Shown here one piece after another: positions 10,668 to 18,551 of a DNA stretch of 64,000 nt. The notes beneath the pieces were generated by a model, which did no database searches, was not told the DNA's origin, and was given only the letters and a program-made list of their open reading frames with translations. The stretch is from an uncultured Dehalococcoidia bacterium (GTDB taxonomy: Bacteria > Chloroflexota > Dehalococcoidia > Lucifugimonadales > GCA-2712585), in NCBI GenBank assembly GCA_964587385.1, contig CAZPLA010000011.1, positions 1,030-65,029 on the forward strand, written 5' to 3'. Numbering within the stretch: position 1 is the first letter of the stretch; each line of letters begins with the position of its first letter. The position numbers and the translations under genes were made by a program.

Positions 10668-12632
10668 TTGCTACTGCCAACACTCATGCTCTTGATGGTA
10701 GGTTGTGATGAAGTTACGCCTACGCCTACGCCTATGCCTACGTCTATGCCTACCTTTACGCCTATGCCAAACGCGCAAAGCATTATAGACCAATCAAAAA
10801 TTGTTATGTTTAATTCGGAATCACTTAAGTCTGACGGAACATGGGTAATTGAATCGCCAAGCATCAAAATGACATTCACAATAAGTGAAGAGTATCAAGC
10901 CCCTGACAAACATAAGTTGGTAGTAGACTTTTTTGATGAATCCTCTCAATTCATTCAAATCTCTGACAGATGCTATGAGTCAATAGATCGGTTCGGTGAA
11001 ACCCAATGGATTGAAATTAAATCGGGATGTGAAGACGAGGGAAATGATAAATTGGACGATTTATTTTCCCCAGATAAAATCACTCTAATGGATCTGAACA
11101 TACAATCTGACACGGTAGTAAAAGACTACGAAGGTTCAGCCACTTATTACATTAATAGCGGAGAATTAGAAGATTTATCCCAAATAAGTCAAACTAATCA
11201 TTATGAAGGTTTTTTCACAGATAAAGGGATGGGATTAGGAGACGAACCAAATAGCTATGAAATCGAGTATTGGATAGATCGCGATTCGCATGTGCTGAAA
11301 AAAACAAATGTCTTATATAAAATTGACTCCATAAGCGAAGCCTATGGATTTGGGAAAGCCGGAGATCCACTGAAAATGGAAATGACCACGATATTCAGCT
11401 CCAACTATGAAATTAAAGAGGAAATAGTTGCCCCTCCAGTGAACCCTGTAGCTACTCCAGCACCCATAGCTGCTGCTGCAGCCCCAGCGGCCGCACCACC
11501 CGCACTACCCGCAGCTGCGCCAACACCAACTCCCCCGCCTACATTCCAATCGGCTATGAGCCATATCTCTCCATCTTTGGTGAATGTAGTTTCATCCTCT
11601 GGATCAGGCACAGGTGTGGTGATAGATGATCTAGGGTACGTGCTTGTCGGGTATAGAAGCGTGGAAGGGAATTCTCGTGCCACAGTATGGCTACCAGATG
11701 GAACCAGTAGTGAAGGTTTGGTTATAGGCTTTGATGAATTGCGTGACGTCGCGGTAATAAAGATCAGCCAAGATGACCTGCACGAAGCCATATGGGGAAA
11801 ATCCTACGTGGAAACTGGAGACAAAGTTATTGCTGTATGGCGCGATCAAGAATGGAGTGGGCCCCCAAACGGCCTAACTGGAAATGTCATTGCTAAACAT
11901 TCGGATAAAAACAGAAATGCTGACTATATAGTATCAAATAACCAGCTCAAATACGGCACAAAAACTCACGTATTGATAAACATAAAAGGGGAAGTCGTTG
12001 GCCTAACTGTTGACGGATCTAACGTAATTGATAGCCCAGCGATCGAAGGTCTATTATTTGCTATTACGAGTGAAACAATACGCGAATTAATACCAAATAT
12101 GAAGGCAGGTGGGATCACTTTAGCACCTACTCCCACGCCTACTCCCACACCTACTCCCACACCTACTCCCACACCTACTCCCACACCTACTCCTATGCCC
12201 ACAATTAGTCCTATATCTTCTATTCAGATTCCTCCTCCTCCTGCTCCTTCAGGGTGTTTAGGAGGCCGAGACCCCTTGGGAAGAGACAGTGTTCAACTAC
12301 TGGGACTAAATCCCTCAGATGGTAGCAACTTGGGTAACGTGTTTACCTCTGTAAATATCAATGCTGACGTCAGGTACACTCTGGGATCTTTAGATGAAGC
12401 TGTTTTGATTTTGTATTGGGAAGTGGGATTTCAGAGAACCCAAATAGGACATTTGAACATATCCTCTGGTCAAAATGACGTATCCTTAGAAGGCACATTG
12501 GTTACATCAAGCACTGCAGGTTCATTGCTAGTTAGCATTATGCCCGTCCTTTCTGTAGCTAATATGCAGAACTATTCCTGCCTGGCTGAAGTTCTAAGCC
12601 TCAAAGCTGCGAGCTATTACTTTACACCCTAA
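10668..12632 (+). CDS. Secreted multidomain lipoprotein: lipobox, Pro-Thr linker, N-terminal domain, Ala/Pro linker, degenerate trypsin/HtrA-like domain, (TP)n linker, C-terminal beta-rich domain
   Basis: The signal peptide ends in LMVGC. The frame is open back to 10611 and AGGAAAGGAAG lies at 10628-10638, so the true start may be a non-ATG codon upstream. GSGTGVVIDDLGYVLV...DVAVIKI...GEVVGLTV resembles S1C proteases. Confidence 0.6.
   Translation: MLLPTLMLLMVGCDEVTPTPTPMPTSMPTFTPMPNAQSIIDQSKIVMFNSESLKSDGTWVIESPSIKMTFTISEEYQAPDKHKLVVDFFDESSQFIQISDRCYESIDRFGETQWIEIKSGCEDEGNDKLDDLFSPDKITLMDLNIQSDTVVKDYEGSATYYINSGELEDLSQISQTNHYEGFFTDKGMGLGDEPNSYEIEYWIDRDSHVLKKTNVLYKIDSISEAYGFGKAGDPLKMEMTTIFSSNYEIKEEIVAPPVNPVATPAPIAAAAAPAAAPPALPAAAPTPTPPPTFQSAMSHISPSLVNVVSSSGSGTGVVIDDLGYVLVGYRSVEGNSRATVWLPDGTSSEGLVIGFDELRDVAVIKISQDDLHEAIWGKSYVETGDKVIAVWRDQEWSGPPNGLTGNVIAKHSDKNRNADYIVSNNQLKYGTKTHVLINIKGEVVGLTVDGSNVIDSPAIEGLLFAITSETIRELIPNMKAGGITLAPTPTPTPTPTPTPTPTPTPTPTPMPTISPISSIQIPPPPAPSGCLGGRDPLGRDSVQLLGLNPSDGSNLGNVFTSVNINADVRYTLGSLDEAVLILYWEVGFQRTQIGHLNISSGQNDVSLEGTLVTSSTAGSLLVSIMPVLSVANMQNYSCLAEVLSLKAASYYFTP
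10716..10769 (+). repeat. Coding hexanucleotide array (acgcct-like, x9) encoding TPTPTPMPTSMPTFTPMP
   Basis: Read directly from the sequence. Confidence 0.85.
12126..12203 (+). repeat. Coding 12-nt tandem array (cctactcccaca, 5 near-perfect units plus degenerate units) encoding (PT)n
   Basis: Read directly from the sequence. Confidence 0.9.
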
Positions 12633-12803
12633 CTTCTGATATTCAGTCCTTTCTATCCATCCCACCGTACCGCTGACAGAATTTGCATCGTGCGGTTGGT
12701 TTGAAATCCTTGCCTTACAGTGTTATGTTAGCTAGCACATTAGTTCTGGTACTGTGTTATTTGACCGAAATGAAAATTATCGACCAACGCGATGGATGGA
12801 ATC

Positions 12804-12827
12804 TTGGGAACGGATTTGGGAACGGAA
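12804..12827 (+). repeat. 24-nt exact repeat ttgggaacggatttgggaacggaa, copy 2
   Basis: Identical to 10301-10324. Confidence 0.9.
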
Positions 12828-12869
12828 GTAGTAACAAGTAATGGTATACAAAATACTGATGGGTACGTT

Positions 12870-12882
12870 GCTAGGCACGAAT
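12870..12882 (+). repeat. 13-nt exact repeat gctaggcacgaat, copy 2
   Basis: Identical to 10259-10271. Confidence 0.8.
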
Positions 12883-13049
12883 TAAGTAGGTATGACTAGA
12901 TGATGGCAGGCATAAATAGCTGACCATAGATTAAAAGATAAAACTGACCGATTCATTAACCTACAATGACTTAAATACGTGCAATTACCAGTTAGACAAC
13001 GCAAGAATTATAGGAATATAATTAGAACAGTTCTTCTTAGGAAATAATA

Positions 13050-14033
13050 ATGACTTTACCTAAAGTGTTCGTAGCACGTCAAATATTTCAAGAAGCATTG
13101 GACAGGCTTGCTGCAGTATCCAACGTGGAAGTATGGGAGGACGAAAATCCTCCAAGCAAAAAGACCCTTTTGGAGAAAGTGACAGATGTCGACGGAATAC
13201 TATCACTTTTAACAGATTCTATAGATCACGAATTGATGGAGGCAGCACCCAATCTCAGAGCTATTAGTCAAATAGCAGTAGGCTATGAAAATATCGACGT
13301 GAAAGAGGCTACACGAAGAGGTATACCTGTAGGCTATACACCAGACGTGCTTAATGGGACTACAGCAGACATGACATTTGCGTTAATGATGACAGCCGCT
13401 CGAAAAATAATTGATGGTGTTTATGCAGTAAGAGATGGCAAATGGCAAACTTGGCATCCTCTCCACTTCCTTGGCCAAGATGTATATGGTTCCACACTTG
13501 GTATCATAGGAATGGGTAGAATTGGTATAGAAATGGCGAAAAGGGCCCGTGGGTTCGATATGAACATTTTGTACTACGATGTTAACCGTAGAACACTAGA
13601 AGAAGAAGAAACCTATAACATGTCTCATATGCCTTTGGATACGGTTCTACGAGAATCTGATTTCGTAAGCATCCATGTAAATCTCACACCCGCAACTTAT
13701 CATTTCATTAGTGATCGAGAACTAACTCTAATGAAACCTACATCTGTACTAGTCAATGCAGCCCGAGGCCCCGTGGTAGATCCAAAAGCTCTTTACAAAG
13801 CCCTCACAACCAAACAAATTATGGCCGCTGCTCTAGATGTTACTGAGCCTGAACCGATACCGCATAATCATCCACTCGTAAACCTGAACAATTGTGTTAT
13901 AGTCCCGCATATTGCCAGCGCCAGTACAGCTACAAGACTCCGAATGTCAACAATGGCTGTAGAAAACCTCATAGCAGGACTCTCAGGATTACAGATGCCA
14001 AACTGCGTGAATCCAGAAGTCTACACAAAATAA
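13050..14033 (+). CDS. D-isomer-specific 2-hydroxyacid dehydrogenase (glyoxylate/hydroxypyruvate reductase-like)
   Basis: Contains GIIGMGRIGIEMAKRA, NAARGPVVD, LDVTEPEP and PHIASAS. Confidence 0.85.
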   Translation: MTLPKVFVARQIFQEALDRLAAVSNVEVWEDENPPSKKTLLEKVTDVDGILSLLTDSIDHELMEAAPNLRAISQIAVGYENIDVKEATRRGIPVGYTPDVLNGTTADMTFALMMTAARKIIDGVYAVRDGKWQTWHPLHFLGQDVYGSTLGIIGMGRIGIEMAKRARGFDMNILYYDVNRRTLEEEETYNMSHMPLDTVLRESDFVSIHVNLTPATYHFISDRELTLMKPTSVLVNAARGPVVDPKALYKALTTKQIMAAALDVTEPEPIPHNHPLVNLNNCVIVPHIASASTATRLRMSTMAVENLIAGLSGLQMPNCVNPEVYTK

Positions 14034-14040
14034 TTTTACT

Positions 14041-14838
14041 TTATTGAATATCAAACGCAAAAAAGTGCTCCAAGGGACCCTGCCCTAGACCAACCGACTT
14101 TGCACTCAGTAGCGCCTTAGTAACATATTCCTTAGCCATTTCAATCGACTCTTCTAGTTTAAAACCCTTGCCCAATCCGACTGCTATAGCAGAGGAAAAA
14201 GTACATCCTGTACCATGGCTATTTCTCGTATTTACCCTTGGTCTCACAAATTCTATAAATGCATTCCCATCATAAAAGAGATCCACGGCATCTCCTGATA
14301 AATGTCCTCCCTTCAATACGATTGAATTGGCTCCTTTATCAACTATAATTTCAGCCGCCCTACGCATATGGCTATTACTTCGTATCTCCATCTGAGCCAA
14401 TATTTCCGCTTCAGGAACATTGGGAGTGACAATCATAGCCAAAGGAAACAGCTCATCTTGTATCACATTGACAGCGTCCTTCCTTAAAAGCCTGTCTCCT
14501 CCCTTAGCAACCATCACAGGATCCAAAACCACCTTAGAAATCCTATAATAGGTTAACCTTTCAACAACGGCTCTTATAATTTCAATGTTAGCCATCATTC
14601 CTATCTTCACAGCATCAGTCTTGATATCAGTTAAAATAGCGTCCATTTGATCAATAACTATTCCTGTAGGCATTTCCAATACTGAAGTAACCCCCAAGGT
14701 ATTTTGCGCAGTAACCGCAGTAATTGCAGAAGTACCATAAACTCCCAAAGCATGGAACGTCTTAAGATCTGACTGAATGCCAGCTCCAGCACCAGAATCA
14801 GATCCAGCAATAGTCATTACTTTTACAATCTTCTTCAT
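14041..14838 (-). CDS. thiD: Hydroxymethylpyrimidine/phosphomethylpyrimidine kinase
   Basis: IAGSDSGAGAGIQSDLKT and a C-terminal GTGCTFSSAIA. Confidence 0.9.
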   Translation of the reverse strand: MKKIVKVMTIAGSDSGAGAGIQSDLKTFHALGVYGTSAITAVTAQNTLGVTSVLEMPTGIVIDQMDAILTDIKTDAVKIGMMANIEIIRAVVERLTYYRISKVVLDPVMVAKGGDRLLRKDAVNVIQDELFPLAMIVTPNVPEAEILAQMEIRSNSHMRRAAEIIVDKGANSIVLKGGHLSGDAVDLFYDGNAFIEFVRPRVNTRNSHGTGCTFSSAIAVGLGKGFKLEESIEMAKEYVTKALLSAKSVGLGQGPLEHFFAFDIQ

Positions 14839-14879
14839 TACTTTATTTAAATCCTATCAATTGATTTAAGGAAAAATTG

Positions 14880-15899
14880 CTAATCTTCTTCATTTAATAC
14901 GTATTCAAGGAATTGATTATCAAATGCTTCAGAATATTCAATCTTTGGACCTATCAGTTCATTACTAGTCATCCATCTAGTAAATTCTTGCCATCTGATT
15001 TGATCTTGCCATCCAAATCGATTTGAGTCCTCGTCTGTCCACAAAGGAGCAATCAATTCTATTCCCTTTCTTTCTATTGATTCATTAATTTCTGGATGAG
15101 CTTTCTTTAATACATCAATAGCCCTCTGTGGGTCTTCTAATGCAGATTCATGCCCTTTAACAAACGCTCTAACAAAACGACGGACCATTTCAGGATCATT
15201 TTCAATCAACTCTTGATTGGTCACTAAAATAAGCTCATAGTATTTTGGCACTCCCCAATCTTCAACACGCATTATATTTACCGGATATCCCTGATTCTCC
15301 ATCGCAATTGATTCGTGCGTCCAGTAGCAACCAACGCAACCATCAACTTTACCTCCTATTAGAGCAGCACTAAGATTAAATCCAACATTGACCAAAGAAA
15401 CGTCCTCCAATCCACGTGCTCCATCATTCTGTAACATGGTATCCAATAATGGCTCATCTGTAGGAATTCCTGGATATCCTACAGTCTTCCCTATAAGATC
15501 TCTCGGACGTATAATTCCAGATCCTTTTAGTGTCATTACAGAATTCAAAGGTGACTGGACTATAGCTGCAATAGAAACAACAGGAATGCTTTTCTCTCTG
15601 CCCAGTAACAAGTCAGGTTGATAGCTTATGCCAAATTGGTCTGAGCCTGTGCCAACCGTTAAAAGAATAGACGAGGGATCCTCCGGAGTATAGGCAGTAA
15701 CTTCCAACCCTTCATCTATAAAATACCCTTCGTCAATTGCCATGAACAGTCCTGCATGATTTGCATTAGGATACCAATCAAGTGCTATTTTTACTTTATC
15801 TATACCCAAATCACTTTTATCCTGATTACACGATAAAAGCACCAAAGACAAACACGATAGAACTATTAAAATACGTGTCACTCTAAATAAAATCGCCAC
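14880..15899 (-). CDS. thiY: NMT1/THI5-like ABC substrate-binding lipoprotein, probable HMP/FAMP-binding ThiY
   Basis: Signal peptide with lipobox (LVLLSC) and a family-typical LDWYPNANHAGLF. It sits in a TPP-riboswitch operon together with thiD. Confidence 0.7.
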   Translation of the reverse strand: MAILFRVTRILIVLSCLSLVLLSCNQDKSDLGIDKVKIALDWYPNANHAGLFMAIDEGYFIDEGLEVTAYTPEDPSSILLTVGTGSDQFGISYQPDLLLGREKSIPVVSIAAIVQSPLNSVMTLKGSGIIRPRDLIGKTVGYPGIPTDEPLLDTMLQNDGARGLEDVSLVNVGFNLSAALIGGKVDGCVGCYWTHESIAMENQGYPVNIMRVEDWGVPKYYELILVTNQELIENDPEMVRRFVRAFVKGHESALEDPQRAIDVLKKAHPEINESIERKGIELIAPLWTDEDSNRFGWQDQIRWQEFTRWMTSNELIGPKIEYSEAFDNQFLEYVLNEED

Positions 15900-15913
15900 A
15901 TCAGTACCCCCTG

Positions 15914-16714
15914 TTAATTATTACTAGACTGATTAGCTTTGTAATAGTTATTTAATAATATTCTTTCAGCCAAAAATACCAAGAAAAACAACATAATACC
16001 CATGAGAGCAAGAATAAATATCGAAGCGAAAACCCTTTCTGTTTCAAACTGAGGTATAGAACGCGTCATTAGATATCCCAATCCTTGGCTTGACCCAACC
16101 CATTCACCAATAACTGCACCTATTACACTGACCGCTGCAGCAATTTTGATGCCGGAAAATAAATTTGGAATACTAGATGGAATTTGGATTTTCCAAAATA
16201 TTTGCCGTTTTGAAGCACCAAATGTTCTTATCATACTAACCATATCGTCATCGATATTTTTCAAGCCATCAACCATATTTACAACTATAGGAAAAAACGC
16301 CACTAATCCCACAACTATTATTTTAGGTAAAATTCCATATCCAATCCAAATTAGAAGAAGTGGCGCTATCGCTATAATCGGAATCGCCTGAGAGGCTATG
16401 ACAAAAGGGTAAATTGACCTCTCTATCAACCTAGAATATGCTATTGCTAGAGCCAAAACAACGCCAACAATAATAGCTATCGCAAATCCGGCAATAATTT
16501 CGTATAGAGTAACTAAAGCATGTGCCGCAATCATTTGCCTTTCAATAAAAAGTTCTCTTGATATCTCCGATGGTGCCGGAAGTAACCATTTTGGGACATG
16601 GAATACTTGAAGAGCTAATTCCCAAATAATTAATAAAAAACAAATTATAACCGCAGGTAATGCCAAATAAATTATATGTGACCCTTTCAACCAATCACCC
16701 GCCTTGGTCATCAT
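15914..16714 (-). CDS. thiX: ABC transporter permease (ThiX-like, nitrate/sulfonate/bicarbonate family)
   Basis: Six hydrophobic segments. Lies between the substrate-binding and ATPase genes. Confidence 0.7.
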   Translation of the reverse strand: MMTKAGDWLKGSHIIYLALPAVIICFLLIIWELALQVFHVPKWLLPAPSEISRELFIERQMIAAHALVTLYEIIAGFAIAIIVGVVLALAIAYSRLIERSIYPFVIASQAIPIIAIAPLLLIWIGYGILPKIIVVGLVAFFPIVVNMVDGLKNIDDDMVSMIRTFGASKRQIFWKIQIPSSIPNLFSGIKIAAAVSVIGAVIGEWVGSSQGLGYLMTRSIPQFETERVFASIFILALMGIMLFFLVFLAERILLNNYYKANQSSNN

Positions 16715-16762
16715 CTAAACAAATATACCGTGAAATATCAGACATCTAATTTATTCCCCTTT

Positions 16763-17539
16763 TCATAGGTCCTTTGCCCTCAAAGCATCTATAAGGGTTT
16801 TCTTAAACTCTATGAATTTAGGATTTGTTAAAATGTCATATTCTCTAGGTCTATCCAAATTCACATCTAGTTCCAATATCACACGGGCAGGAGAATGACT
16901 CAAAACATAGACTTTATCGGACAATAGAATTGCTTCTTCTACATCATGAGTAATCAACATGACAGTTTTCTTAAAAGTGCTCCAAATAGTTAACAACCAT
17001 TCCTGCATTTGCCCCCTAGTGAAGGCATCCAATGCACCAAAAGGTTCATCTAATAAAAATAATTTCTGGTCTACTAATAGTGTTCTAAGGAAAGCTACTC
17101 GCTGACGCATACCACCAGATAAAGAATTTGGGTATCTACTCTGAAATTCTTTTATGCCGAATATTTCCATCATATCGATAGCATATTGTCTATACTGGTT
17201 CCCATTCCTACCAACAACTTCAAGGCCCAACATAGCATTATCCAAAACCGTCCGCCATGGTAACAAAAGATCTTTCTGAGGCATAAATCCAATTAGTCCT
17301 AATCTATTCTCAATAACATTCCCGTCCAATTCAATTGTCCCACTGGTAGGCTCGTCTAACCCTGCGATACATTTAAGAAGAGTAGTCTTGCCACATCCAC
17401 TAGGACCAATAACACTAACGAATTGGCCCTCAACAACTTTCAAGGCTATATTCTCCAAAACAGGAAATATTTGGTTATCAACATGAAATGATTTGGATAT
17501 TCCAGTCAGTCGTAGCTTAGCAGGATGATGAGTAATCAC
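16763..17539 (-). CDS. thiZ: ABC transporter ATP-binding protein (ThiZ-like)
   Basis: Walker A GPSGCGKTT, signature LSGGMRQR, Walker B LFLLDEPF. GTG start. Confidence 0.8.
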   Translation of the reverse strand: MITHHPAKLRLTGISKSFHVDNQIFPVLENIALKVVEGQFVSVIGPSGCGKTTLLKCIAGLDEPTSGTIELDGNVIENRLGLIGFMPQKDLLLPWRTVLDNAMLGLEVVGRNGNQYRQYAIDMMEIFGIKEFQSRYPNSLSGGMRQRVAFLRTLLVDQKLFLLDEPFGALDAFTRGQMQEWLLTIWSTFKKTVMLITHDVEEAILLSDKVYVLSHSPARVILELDVNLDRPREYDILTNPKFIEFKKTLIDALRAKDL

Positions 17540-17612
17540 GGTAAAGGTACGCCTGGAACAAAAAACACGAACGATTTAAAGACCGAATCTACAAGTACGG
17601 ATTTACACATAT

Positions 17613-17705
17613 CACTCCCTCCGCTGGCATTACCCAGTTCAGGTTGTAAGGGTCGGTGGGATTCTGGTCCACCCTCTCAGCCTGGCTCTCCAAGCTCCCC
17701 TACGT
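17613..17705 (-). promoter_or_regulatory. TPP (THI-box) riboswitch aptamer
   Basis: The minus strand reads ACGUAGGGGAGC..GGCUGAGAGGGUGGACCAGAAUCCCACCGACCCUUACAACCUGAACUGGGUAAUGCCAGCGGAGGGAGUG. This matches the conserved UAGGGGxGC / CUGAGA / ACCC / ACCUGAxCUGGxUAAUGCCAGCGxAGGGA core. It lies about 75 nt upstream of the thiZ start. Confidence 0.9.
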
Positions 17706-17767
17706 CCAATACAATTATTGCGCCGGAAGTATAGCTATAAGCAAAATGCATTGTCAAACATTGCCAT

Positions 17768-18412
17768 TTAGACGCCAATAATCTTGATGGCAGATCTAGT
17801 TTTGTATCTCAGGTTAATGTTAATCAAAAGTACAGTTAGATCTTCTACAAATCGAGCATTCTGCAATGGACCGCCATCAATAGCCCTAAGATCATTAATC
17901 AATGGAACCAATCTCATAACTCTTTCTTTAGCTTCCTGATAATCAGAACACACTATCACATCGCCTTCCATCCTGTGATTCGAATTAAAAAGCTCAACGG
18001 CACTAATATTCTGAAAAGCAGAAACAACATAAGATCCCGGAATTAACAACTGGCATTTTTCTGAAACAGAACGTTCTTTTAGTTCAATTGCTCGAGCAAG
18101 CCCATCCTGGATTCTCATGGCTAGCCCAACGTTGACCACTATCTTGCCTAAAAGATGGTCTCGAAGTTTTCCCAACAACACATCTTCGACTTCGTAAGGC
18201 ACCGTTAAGAAAATCACATCTCCACGAATGGCAGCCTCTGCATTGGTACCATAAGATATATGCGCTTCTGGAACTAAGGCTTGTAATTTTTCTGCAGTGT
18301 TTCTAGCTTTATTTTTGTCCCTTGATCCTATAATCACCTTTTCACTTGCCAATGCATATCTCAAAGCTAGGCCTTGACCTTCAGCTCCTGTACCACCTAG
18401 AAAAGCTAACAT
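17768..18412 (-). CDS. npdG: NADPH-dependent F420 reductase
   Basis: FLGGTGAEGQGLALRYA...IIGSRDKNKA N-terminus. Length is 214 aa. Confidence 0.7.
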   Translation of the reverse strand: MLAFLGGTGAEGQGLALRYALASEKVIIGSRDKNKARNTAEKLQALVPEAHISYGTNAEAAIRGDVIFLTVPYEVEDVLLGKLRDHLLGKIVVNVGLAMRIQDGLARAIELKERSVSEKCQLLIPGSYVVSAFQNISAVELFNSNHRMEGDVIVCSDYQEAKERVMRLVPLINDLRAIDGGPLQNARFVEDLTVLLININLRYKTRSAIKIIGV

Positions 18413-18522
18413 TATCGTGCTCCTACATAATTTCTTTTATTATATCCTTCTCGCTATGTATAGAGCTAACCATAGCTTCGCATTACCACGCACAACTTAT
18501 AAATCATGAACGTTGTGTGATA

Positions 18523-18551
18523 TTGACTACAACAGGTTATTGTTGTAGTAT
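18523..18551 (+). promoter_or_regulatory. Sigma-70-like promoter TTGACT-N17-TAGTAT directly abutting the argJ ATG
   Basis: The -35 hexamer is at 18523-18528, followed by a 17-nt spacer. The -10 hexamer is at 18546-18551 and the ATG is at 18552. Confidence 0.5.
18527..18548. promoter_or_regulatory. Perfect inverted repeat CTACAACA-N6-TGTTGTAG overlapping the promoter spacer and -10 (candidate operator)
   Basis: The arms at 18527-18534 and 18541-18548 are exact reverse complements. Confidence 0.45.

Noticed and set aside
12126-12203. Regular short repeats that could be mistaken for a CRISPR array or other non-coding repeat
   Set aside because: The units are 12 nt with no spacers. They lie in frame inside a long ORF and encode a Pro-Thr linker.
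12770-12841. 23-codon mini-ORF MKIIDQRDGWNLGNGFGNGSSNK spanning the 24-nt repeat
   Set aside because: It has no Shine-Dalgarno. The other copy of the repeat is not in an ORF with a start codon, so conservation is at the nucleotide level rather than the peptide level.
13024-13034. AGAACAGTTCT palindrome just upstream of the 13050 dehydrogenase gene as a second SOS box
   Set aside because: The half-sites are separated by 1 nt rather than the 4 nt of the Cheo box seen at lexA.
17525-17734. Tracked 69-aa plus-strand ORF
   Set aside because: It is antisense to the TPP riboswitch and the 5' end of thiZ. The riboswitch explains the sequence.
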